Source: Candidatus Latescibacterota bacterium | GTDB lineage: Bacteria > Latescibacterota > UBA2968 | Direction: 5' to 3' | NCBI GenBank assembly: GCA_038279365.1 | Contig: JAYODI010000088.1 | Coordinates: 1-23,521, forward strand | DNA length: 23,521 nucleotides | In this document: positions 16,182 through 23,521 of the stretch, piece by piece | How positions within the stretch are numbered: position 1 is the stretch's first letter | Layout: every line of letters starts with the position of its first letter | Position numbers and translations under genes: made by a program | Notes under the pieces: generated by a model | What the model was told of the DNA's origin: nothing | Database searches by the model: none | The model's input: the letters and a program-made list of their open reading frames with translations, nothing else

Positions 16182-16241
16182 TATTCCACAAATATACCCA
16201 ATCATTGCGGCACATCAACCCACCCCACCTATATGCCCTGC

Positions 16242-17378
16242 TTACTTCCACACAGACCGCAATGTTTTGGCCAACTCAATTAAACTTTCTACATTGTGAG
16301 CGGGTAAAAAATAATCCAAATAGGGCAATGCCGTTTTCATGCCCAAACATAAGGGTTGATAACCTGGCGTACCCAACAATGGATTAAGCCAAAGCAACTT
16401 GTGCACACGCTTTCGCAATCGGGCCATTTCTTGGCGCATCAGTTCAGGATCGCCGCGATCCCACCCATCGCTCACAATAATCATCACCGAACGCGAATGC
16501 AACATGTCGCGGGCAAATGTATCGTTAAACTCTCGCAAACAACCACCAATGTCTGTCCCCCCCGCCCAATCGTGTACTTGTTCGGCCACATCGTGCAAAG
16601 ATTCTTCAATACCTTTGGTTTTTAACAGCCGTGAAATAGACGTCATCCGCGTGGAAAAAACACCCACTTCTACATCGCGAATTTCGCGCTTAAGTGCATA
16701 AATAAACCGAATCAAAAATTTGCTATAACAATCCATCGACCCACTTACATCACACAACAACATCAATTTGGTTTTTTTAATGCGCCGCCGCTTCATGGCC
16801 AACTGTACGCCATCTTCACCCAACAAGGCATTGCGCCGCCACGTGCGCCGAAAATCCAATTCACGCCCACGATTTTCGGGTACACGCCGTCGACTGCGCC
16901 GATTGGCAATGATGTTCACAATTTCGTGAATCACCTTGCGTGCCTGTTCAATCTCACGGTCTGACATCGCGGCCAGATCTTTTTGCATCAAGGCTTCATC
17001 GGCACTATACCCAACTTCTTCAGAATCACTGTCGCCATCAACATCTTCTTCTGAATCGGTTGCTTCCACCGACTCATTCACCTCGGCCTGCACATCAAGA
17101 TCAGGGTTTCCACCCGTATCGGTATCGGTAAGGGTGAGGTCTTCCGAAATGAGTGGAGAAGACCAAAATGAATTGAAAACGCGATCAAACGTTTCCAAAT
17201 CATCAAACCGCGACACCAATGTGGCACGGGCCGCAGCATAAAAATCGGGGCGGTGTTGCAAATTGATGTGCTCAAAACTTTTGCACAGGTCAATCAAATT
17301 ACCGGCATTGACCTCTACGCCTTCGCGGTGCAACACACGCGAAAAACGCACCACACGTCCAAGCATTGTTTTTGGCAT
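16242..17378 (-). CDS. VWA-domain CoxE-like protein
   Basis: MIDAS motif DVSGSM, LDFRRTWRR, FSTR, WAGGTDIG, SDGWDRG, WLNPL. Start 17378 chosen from the AAGGA RBS. Confidence 0.92.
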   Translation of the reverse strand: MPKTMLGRVVRFSRVLHREGVEVNAGNLIDLCKSFEHINLQHRPDFYAAARATLVSRFDDLETFDRVFNSFWSSPLISEDLTLTDTDTGGNPDLDVQAEVNESVEATDSEEDVDGDSDSEEVGYSADEALMQKDLAAMSDREIEQARKVIHEIVNIIANRRSRRRVPENRGRELDFRRTWRRNALLGEDGVQLAMKRRRIKKTKLMLLCDVSGSMDCYSKFLIRFIYALKREIRDVEVGVFSTRMTSISRLLKTKGIEESLHDVAEQVHDWAGGTDIGGCLREFNDTFARDMLHSRSVMIIVSDGWDRGDPELMRQEMARLRKRVHKLLWLNPLLGTPGYQPLCLGMKTALPYLDYFLPAHNVESLIELAKTLRSVWK

Positions 17379-17389
17379 GGGCAATATCC

Positions 17390-18301
17390 TTATCGGGCAT
17401 TTTGCGTACGTTCACGCAGCAACTTGGCTTTTTCAATCAGTTGTGGCACGCCGTCTTCCTGAATCTTTTCAATATCTTCTTTATACTTCAACACACATCC
17501 CAACGTGGCATCTACCGTTGCGGCATCCAACTCGTCCATCTTCATGGCCATTAAGGCCAACGCCCAATCGATGGTTTCTGCCACACCTGGTTTTTTATAA
17601 AAATCGCGATTGCGCAACAGTTGCATAAAACCACACACCTGCCGTGTCAATTCATCACCAATGCCCGATACGCGTGAACGCACAATATCCATTTCTTTGT
17701 CGTAGGTCGGATAATCGATCCACAAATACAAACAACGGCGCTTTAAGGCATCGTGCAACTCGCGTGTGCGATTGGATGTAAGCACCACAAAAGGTACCTG
17801 CTTGGCCTTCACCGTGCCAATTTCTGGAATTGTAATTTGAAAATCAGACAAAACCTCCAACAAGAAGGCCTCAAATTCTTCATCCGAACGATCCACTTCA
17901 TCAATCAACAACACAGGGCGATGTTCTTCTTGGGCTTGAATGGCCGTTAACAAAGGCCGCTTAAGCAAAAATTCTTCGCGAAAAATATTGCGCCCAATTT
18001 CATCTTTATTTGTGCCACGCGCTTCTTCAAGGCGCAACTCTAACATTTGACGTGGATAATTCCATTCATAAAGTGCTGTGCTGGCATCAATGCCTTCATA
18101 ACACTGCAACCGAATCAATTCGGTACCCAAAATTTTGGCCATCGCTTTGGCCACTTCTGTTTTACCCACACCAGGCTCACCTTCTAAAAAAATGGGTTTG
18201 CCCAATGCCAGTGACAAATAAATGGTTGTGGCCAATGTTCTATCGGTAATATAACCCTGCTCTGCAAACCGCTTTTCAACATCTTCAATGGATTCCAACA
18301 T
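17390..18301 (-). CDS. MoxR-family AAA+ ATPase, CoxD-like
   Basis: GEPGVGKT, RLQCYEG, LYEWNYPRQ, LLIDEVDRSDEEFEAFLLE, TSNRTRELHDALKRRC, KKPGVAETIDW. Confidence 0.95.
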   Translation of the reverse strand: MLESIEDVEKRFAEQGYITDRTLATTIYLSLALGKPIFLEGEPGVGKTEVAKAMAKILGTELIRLQCYEGIDASTALYEWNYPRQMLELRLEEARGTNKDEIGRNIFREEFLLKRPLLTAIQAQEEHRPVLLIDEVDRSDEEFEAFLLEVLSDFQITIPEIGTVKAKQVPFVVLTSNRTRELHDALKRRCLYLWIDYPTYDKEMDIVRSRVSGIGDELTRQVCGFMQLLRNRDFYKKPGVAETIDWALALMAMKMDELDAATVDATLGCVLKYKEDIEKIQEDGVPQLIEKAKLLRERTQNAR

Positions 18302-18406
18302 ATCAAACCTTTCTCTTTAGTGCGGTAAAATGAGAGCAGAAAAACGAAATCAGCGAAAAACCATCTTCCACCATCCATCCATCTTCTCTCGATGATCTTC
18401 AGGTCA

Positions 18407-18922
18407 TTATAAAGACGCACCACGCGCCAGATAAGTTTTTAATGCATCGGTTGTTGTCACAAATGCCAAATCGTTCCAAGGAATGTCTTGCAGAACAAAT
18501 GTCTCAACGGCTTGAGACTCAAAATTGCCTTGCAAATCCCCCCCTGTGACATGCCCTGTAAATACCACCAACACAACACGCTCACCCGCTACGGAAAACA
18601 CCCCCAATAAATCGTCCAATTCAACATCCAAGCCCACTTCTTCTCGCGCTTCGCGCACAGCGGCTTGTTCGGGCGGTTCTCCTGCATCTACATAGCCACC
18701 AGGAAACACCCACTTGCCCAACCCTGGTTCAATATTTCTCTTGAGCAAAACCACCTTGTCATGCAAGGTCACAATCACCCCTGCTGCAACTTTGGGGTCT
18801 AGGTAAGCAACAAAACCACACGTAGGGCAACAAGGTCGCAAACGGTCTTCAATCTTGCGTTTGATCAATGCCACACCACACCGTTCGCAAAAACGTGCAG
18901 TAGATTCCAGTGGTATTGCCAC
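18407..18922 (-). CDS. Nudix hydrolase with N-terminal zinc ribbon
   Basis: CERCG...CPTCG zinc ribbon and Nudix box GGYVDAGEPPEQAAVREAREEVG. Confidence 0.92.
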   Translation of the reverse strand: MAIPLESTARFCERCGVALIKRKIEDRLRPCCPTCGFVAYLDPKVAAGVIVTLHDKVVLLKRNIEPGLGKWVFPGGYVDAGEPPEQAAVREAREEVGLDVELDDLLGVFSVAGERVVLVVFTGHVTGGDLQGNFESQAVETFVLQDIPWNDLAFVTTTDALKTYLARGASL

Positions 18923-18976
18923 AAAACCCTCTAAATCGATTAGTTTTCAAAGACATAGATTATGCAAAACCGCTAT

Positions 18977-19005
18977 ATAATACAGCACACCAATCTGTCG
19001 GTCAA
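18977..19005 (-). promoter_or_regulatory. sigma70-type promoter of the Nudix gene or operon
   Basis: Minus strand TTGACC (19005-19000), 17 bp spacer, TATTAT (18982-18977). Confidence 0.65.
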
Positions 19006-19007
19006 AC

Positions 19008-19039
19008 AAAAAACCCCAAGCCAGCAGATGGCTTAGGGC
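19008..19039 (-). terminator. Intrinsic terminator
   Basis: Minus strand CCCUAAGCCA-UCUGC-UGGCUUGGGG followed by UUUUUU. Confidence 0.85.
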
Positions 19040-19100
19040 AATAAAGAGGGGGCCGGGTCGCGGTCCGGCCCCCGGAGGGAGAATACGTCGTGCACACACA
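19008..19100 (-). ncRNA. Candidate small RNA with anti-SD seed
   Basis: Unpaired UAUUCUCCCUCC followed by a 9-bp all-GC hairpin (19048-19073) and a terminator; TATTAT at 19105-19100 upstream. Confidence 0.35.
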
Positions 19101-19149
19101 TAATAAAAATCGCGTGTTACAATTGGGTGTCACCCGCGCGACAAAATCG

Positions 19150-20043
19150 TTAATTATCATCTTTTATTGTTTTTATCAGGCGATCCATATCAGCAGACCA
19201 TTTCAGGGGTTTGTAATCCATTTCAAACGGCGTTTGCAACACCTTTTCTAATGCTTGCAAATCGGGTCGATCCTCTGGTACATCTTTTTCCGATTGTCCA
19301 TCGGGAGCAATGGTCGCAGTGGTTGTCACCCCCATAAAAGCCTTCTTGGCCGTGCCTCTTACCACTTGTAAACCATCTTCCGAAATTGCAATACCCGTTA
19401 CCACCACACGCCCTTCCCCAATAAGTTTAAACAACAGTCCCAATAAACCCGTTGTGGGGCGCCCAGTTAATCCTTCAATTTTATCAAAAAAGAACCGATC
19501 GCCAAAATCCAACAACCGATAGGTAATAACCTGATGATTTGTCACATTTAGATGGGGTGTTGAAAGTGTGTCTCGATACGAATATTCACCATCTGCACCG
19601 GGTGTTTCTGGCCACCCAAAAATCACATTAAATGCCCGCTCAGGACGTGGGCCTTCTTTTACCCCAGCAATAACCCGATCAAAGCGGGTATCAACCCACA
19701 TATATTGCTGATGTTCATGGGCCAATTTCACATATTGCGGCGCGGTCTCTTCTGTCAAATGGGTCTTAACCAAAAACGCCCGAAACCAATCGTCGGGTGT
19801 AATAAACAGGGTTTTATCCAATCGCCCCGAATCAGCAACACTACCAAACAACTCAAACATCACCTCGGCCTGAAACCGTGCCCCATTGGTCGTTGCAGTT
19901 GGATCATAGCCATTGACCTGATTCATCGCGGCAATTAACTCATCTTGAGTTACACGCCTTACACCTAAATCATCTGCACCTGAATCAATTGTCCAAACAC
20001 AAATTAAAGCAAAAAGCAACCACCACTCGCATTTCAATTTCAC
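19150..20043 (-). CDS. Secreted hypothetical protein
   Basis: Long ORF with GAGGAGG RBS before GTG 20043 and a signal-peptide-like N-terminus. No family recognised. Confidence 0.8.
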   Translation of the reverse strand: MKLKCEWWLLFALICVWTIDSGADDLGVRRVTQDELIAAMNQVNGYDPTATTNGARFQAEVMFELFGSVADSGRLDKTLFITPDDWFRAFLVKTHLTEETAPQYVKLAHEHQQYMWVDTRFDRVIAGVKEGPRPERAFNVIFGWPETPGADGEYSYRDTLSTPHLNVTNHQVITYRLLDFGDRFFFDKIEGLTGRPTTGLLGLLFKLIGEGRVVVTGIAISEDGLQVVRGTAKKAFMGVTTTATIAPDGQSEKDVPEDRPDLQALEKVLQTPFEMDYKPLKWSADMDRLIKTIKDDN

Positions 20044-20110
20044 CCAAACCTCCTCATAAATCCACAATAAATATCAGGCAAGGATATCGGCCAAACACGC
20101 AAAATCAAGC

Positions 20111-20896
20111 CTAAAAATGATACATCACAGAAACGCCTTGTCCACCATTTTGCATCAAACCCATATTGAGCGTTGCATATGATGCACTGCGTTCATTGCC
20201 AATCCAACAAAACGACGTGGCCATGACCGGGGGCGCAATAAAAAGCATAGGCCAAGCCGTTTCAGACAGATAAGTGAGCCCCACTCCTGCACCAAAACCG
20301 ACCAAACTGCCCAACAAAGCACGCCCCCAAACAGGGTTTTCAAACTTATCAGAACTGGCCAAGCGCACACCCATAGCACTTCCCAAAACCATACCCGCAA
20401 CAGTGCCTATAAGCACTTCGGGAGGCACATAAAAAAAGTCACTTCCGCGATCACCCGACGTACCTGCCCGTATCAGTGCACCTGTACCCGCACCCACCAT
20501 ACCACCAACCAATCCCCCACCACCTCCGAAAAACAACTGCCCCAAAATCACCGATCCATTGCTTGAGATACGCCGTTTCTGAAACGGATCATCGCGCAGT
20601 TTCTTCACCCTCTCCACACGCTCTAAATTGTCACCCAAAATAATCACATCAATTCTATCAAACGCAATGGTCTCTTTCCACAACCCTTTGCCAATAATCA
20701 AAGCGTGTGGCAGAACTTCTCTAACCTTTCCATTGGCCGTTGTAGGCTTGCCATCTTCTCCCTGATAAATCACCTCGGCAAAAGCCCCAACCCACAACTG
20801 TTTGGAAATAACCTCACCGCGTTCCAAAACAACCACACCTTGCGCCCAACACGGCAAAGCCATCAACACCCCCATCAACACAATCATGCGTTTCAT
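20111..20896 (-). CDS. Hypothetical envelope protein with signal peptide and glycine-zipper membrane segments
   Basis: MKRMIVLMGVLMALPCWA signal, a small beta-rich domain, then GxxxG-rich helices (GGGGGLVGGMVGAGTG, GTVAGMVLGSAMG, GSLVGFGAGVG); ends in YHF. Confidence 0.8.
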   Translation of the reverse strand: MKRMIVLMGVLMALPCWAQGVVVLERGEVISKQLWVGAFAEVIYQGEDGKPTTANGKVREVLPHALIIGKGLWKETIAFDRIDVIILGDNLERVERVKKLRDDPFQKRRISSNGSVILGQLFFGGGGGLVGGMVGAGTGALIRAGTSGDRGSDFFYVPPEVLIGTVAGMVLGSAMGVRLASSDKFENPVWGRALLGSLVGFGAGVGLTYLSETAWPMLFIAPPVMATSFCWIGNERSASYATLNMGLMQNGGQGVSVMYHF

Positions 20897-20924
20897 ATGC
20901 CCTGCCTTATCTGGAGAAAATGAA

Positions 20925-21953
20925 TTACTTGTTTTGCACAACACTGGGATAATCAAATCGGCGCACACATCGAAACCCCACGTCCATCCGGTGAGTCGTT
21001 GCCGAATGCACCGCCCGATTCACACAGGCCGTCACAAACCCCGTATCGTTCCACCCACCACCCCGTGTGACGTGCCATCCTGCTCGTCCCACATCATCCG
21101 AAGCCGTCCACTCCCACACATTGCCCGCCATATCCAAGGCACCCACAGGGCTTGCCCCAGTGAGAAATTGCCCAACAGGGGCGGTTTGGACAAACCCATC
21201 TTGTTCACCCTGTATGTTGGCAGGTACCGTATTTAAGTCATTGCCCCACGGATACATGCGCCCATCGCTGCCCTGACACGCGCTGACCCACTCTCGCTCA
21301 GTAGGCAATCGCTTACCCGCCCACTCACAATAGGCCTGTGCACCAAACCAAGTGACAAAAGCCACCGGATGATGGTCCAAACCATTCCCTGGTATAAATT
21401 GACCATTTTGCACAACAATACCAACCCCATCCCCCTCTTCATCGAACCAGGGCAACGCCCCCTCGGTTTGATTGCCCACTGCATTCAAAAATTGCGCAAA
21501 CTGTGCATTGCTCACTTCATATTGATCCATCCAAATGTTCAATTCTTTAACAGGCACCATTTTACCAAATGGCCCCACCCCATCTCCACGGTTTACTTTT
21601 TGAATGGGCATCACTTTTTCTAAAGAGGCCACCACCAAACGCCATTTATCGGTTTGCAATTCAACGTCTTTTTCAAAAGCACCAAATCCATCCGCGACCA
21701 CCTTTAACCCCACCTTGCCCACCCCCACCCGAAACAACATCAACGGTTGATTCGGCACCGCTACCCCTCGAAAAGTGCCATTGACAAACACACGGCTGTT
21801 GGGCGCATTGGTTTCTACCAGCAGATGTCCCATGGTATTTGGTAATATAACCTCACCTTGTCCATCGGCAACAACACGAAAAGACTGGGCTCCTGCGGGT
21901 GTTGCCCCCAAAAAACCACAAACCACAACAAATGACAACGTCCACATTTTCAT
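20925..21953 (-). CDS. PEGA-like plus FGE-sulfatase (SUMF1/EgtB/PvdO-type) domain protein, secreted
   Basis: PEGA-like LLVETNAPNSRVFVNG; FGE motifs MDQYEVSNAQF, HPVAFVTW, RLPTEREW, YPWGN, DMAGNVWEW, RGGGW, GFRC. Start 21953 chosen from the GAGG RBS. Confidence 0.9.
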   Translation of the reverse strand: MKMWTLSFVVVCGFLGATPAGAQSFRVVADGQGEVILPNTMGHLLVETNAPNSRVFVNGTFRGVAVPNQPLMLFRVGVGKVGLKVVADGFGAFEKDVELQTDKWRLVVASLEKVMPIQKVNRGDGVGPFGKMVPVKELNIWMDQYEVSNAQFAQFLNAVGNQTEGALPWFDEEGDGVGIVVQNGQFIPGNGLDHHPVAFVTWFGAQAYCEWAGKRLPTEREWVSACQGSDGRMYPWGNDLNTVPANIQGEQDGFVQTAPVGQFLTGASPVGALDMAGNVWEWTASDDVGRAGWHVTRGGGWNDTGFVTACVNRAVHSATTHRMDVGFRCVRRFDYPSVVQNK

Positions 21954-21973
21954 TGCACACCTCACAAAACCCA

Positions 21974-22017
21974 ACCCCTTGGCGCAAACACCCTCTAAGG
22001 TATTTGCGCCAAGGGGT
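21974..22017 (-). terminator. Long intergenic stem-loop (weak terminator or mRNA stabiliser)
   Basis: ACCCCTTGGCGCAAA / TTTGCGCCAAGGGGT perfect 15-bp stem right after the beta-barrel gene stop; the U tail is interrupted. Confidence 0.6.
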
Positions 22018-22023
22018 CGTGAA

Positions 22024-22545
22024 TTAATTCCCCAAATGAAACATCACACCCGCGTGGGCCGAAAACCCCTTCACCAATTCAACACCATCTTTGTCATTTG
22101 TCCATGAATACTTGCCATTGCCAAACAATCCAAAACGCCTGCTCAATGGAAACTCTGCCCCCAATGTGCCGCCCAAGAGCAATGCCGTTTTTCGCATGCC
22201 CACATCAATAGACGCCAGCCCAACACTGGGTCCGATATAAATTTTGGGATCCAAACCATCGGAATGTGTATTCCCCAAACTCATTTTATAAAATACATTC
22301 AACCCCGCCAACAAGGGTTTGCCGGCTGCCTCGTCAAAATTACCTTCACCAAAAACACCCAACGACCACGGCCCATCACCCAACGAAAAATCCAATGCCC
22401 CCTGCACACCCAAAACCATCCCATCAGAAACGCGGGCCGAATTGTTATTGATCCCGCCTCCCAATCGAAACGTCGTTTCAGCTTGGGCGTTTGAAAACCA
22501 CCCCAACAAGGCCACCACCACCGCAACAGCTGTCATCTTTTTCAT
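22024..22545 (-). CDS. Small outer-membrane beta-barrel protein (8-stranded OmpW/OmpA-barrel-like)
   Basis: GGAGGA RBS before ATG 22545, signal peptide ending AQA, amphipathic beta strands, PKIYIGPSVGL, and C-terminal AGVMFHLGN; 173 aa. Confidence 0.85.
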   Translation of the reverse strand: MKKMTAVAVVVALLGWFSNAQAETTFRLGGGINNNSARVSDGMVLGVQGALDFSLGDGPWSLGVFGEGNFDEAAGKPLLAGLNVFYKMSLGNTHSDGLDPKIYIGPSVGLASIDVGMRKTALLLGGTLGAEFPLSRRFGLFGNGKYSWTNDKDGVELVKGFSAHAGVMFHLGN

Positions 22546-22661
22546 CTTATCCTCCAAAGGTGTTAAGAACCAATCACAAACGTTTACAATTATCAAAACA
22601 AATACAGCGGGGGATCTCGCATGTAGGTCACAAACCACTCCTTTCCTCAAAAGTGACACAA

Positions 22662-23507
22662 TTATTTGATTGCATCTTGCAAATCCATTTCTATCAATGA
22701 TGTGGGTTTGCCACGGATATATCGTTTTTCGGGGTATACCTCGGGCCAATAAAAAGCATGCCATTCATCCATTGACAACGGCTCTACGGGCTGTGACACA
22801 CGCAGTGTCGGTTTATAACGCACCGCATTACACTCTACAGTTATCACTTTGCCGGGTTGCACACGCACCGTATATGGTGGGCGACGGCCATTGATGCCAG
22901 GGCGATGCCATTCTAACCGCAGCGAATGAACACCTTCGGGCACCTTGTTAATCAATAAAAAGTCGGCCTTGGGAAACACGTGCAATTGTTTCTCATTAAA
23001 CCACACCGTCAAATGATCAATTGTATCCCCCCCTCGTGGTCCTACAAAAGCCAAGTAGCCCGTCCCTTCATAATCGGCCAACTTCTCACACGCCCGCTTC
23101 ACCACCTCTTGCAATACCCCGTCAATGCCCCCCGAATAATCATCGACCACCGTCTTCACCGTTTTTCCTGACACCGGATCAATCAAATTGGCCACCACCG
23201 AAAACATCGTGCCAATCTTTGACACACTGCCCACCAATATCCGATCAACCATCAACTGCTTGCCCAAAAGCGTCACATCTTGGGTCTTGGCCGTTTCAAC
23301 CAATGTTTGTTGTTTGCTCGTCACCAAAAAACGATCCGTGCGCGACAACTCGGCTCGAAAGCGTTCGGTAATCACTTCACATTCCATATCGCTCACCCCA
23401 ATGGCATCAAAATGCAGTACCGCCACAGAACGCTTTGCATTATCTGCCCTCACATCTGCCCCAATCAACAACAAGCAGCACCAAATCACACATCCTCTCC
23501 GACCCAT
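22662..23507 (-). CDS. CsgG/HfaB-like (TolB-N-like) domain protein with C-terminal PEGA-like domain
   Basis: Signal peptide, SVAVLHFDAIGVS...ITERFRAEL..TDRF.V...LGKQLMVDRILVGSVSKIG...LIDPVSGK. RBS GAGGAG. Confidence 0.8.
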   Translation of the reverse strand: MGRRGCVIWCCLLLIGADVRADNAKRSVAVLHFDAIGVSDMECEVITERFRAELSRTDRFLVTSKQQTLVETAKTQDVTLLGKQLMVDRILVGSVSKIGTMFSVVANLIDPVSGKTVKTVVDDYSGGIDGVLQEVVKRACEKLADYEGTGYLAFVGPRGGDTIDHLTVWFNEKQLHVFPKADFLLINKVPEGVHSLRLEWHRPGINGRRPPYTVRVQPGKVITVECNAVRYKPTLRVSQPVEPLSMDEWHAFYWPEVYPEKRYIRGKPTSLIEMDLQDAIK

Positions 23508-23521
23508 AACACACTCCTCAG

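Noticed and set aside
16042-16387. ORFs with KRQTANG or LPFAVCR repeats
   Set aside because: These are translation products of the 7-bp DNA repeat, with no RBS, and they partly overlap coxE.
18361-18386. Degenerate CCATC(T/C) repeats between the Nudix and coxD-like genes
   Set aside because: Short and irregular with no clear inverted partner. It may be a decayed heptamer array but cannot be supported.
20925-21953. Diversity-generating retroelement target (FGE/CLec fold)
   Set aside because: No reverse transcriptase and no template/variable repeat pair was seen in the window.
22546-22764. 73-aa N-terminal extension of the beta-barrel ORF
   Set aside because: It overlaps the upstream gene, and a GGAGGA RBS plus signal peptide define ATG 22545.

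Overview
Bacterial chromosomal window of moderate GC with about 18 genes, nearly all on the minus strand. The gene content suggests a deep-branching FCB-group organism such as Latescibacterota, KSB1 or Ignavibacteria (inference only). From left to right it holds: (1) a sigma54 module, with a truncated secreted-protein gene behind a perfect -24/-12 promoter, a divergent NtrC-family activator, repeated GACAAWWTGTC palindromes, an unannotated 15-codon ORF with its own sigma54-like promoter, RBS and hairpin, and an Hpt protein; (2) an enolase-superfamily dehydratase; (3) a sigma54-driven pspA plus small membrane protein operon with phased enhancer repeats; (4) a double-receiver protein; (5) a three-gene cassette of TonB-dependent receptor, large T9SS-CTD-like protein and PorV-family barrel behind a long, heavily structured leader; (6) Nudix-coxD-coxE-xdhC-like genes interrupted by inverted heptamer arrays; (7) a candidate anti-SD small RNA; (8) a run of envelope genes (CsgG-like, small beta-barrel, PEGA/FGE-like, two hypotheticals). 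No rRNA, tRNA, CRISPR array or transposase was seen. The best candidates for undescribed biology are the TBDR/CTD-protein/PorV cassette with its structured leader, and the sigma54-controlled micropeptide locus. All calls come from motif reading by eye; no searches or folding were run.
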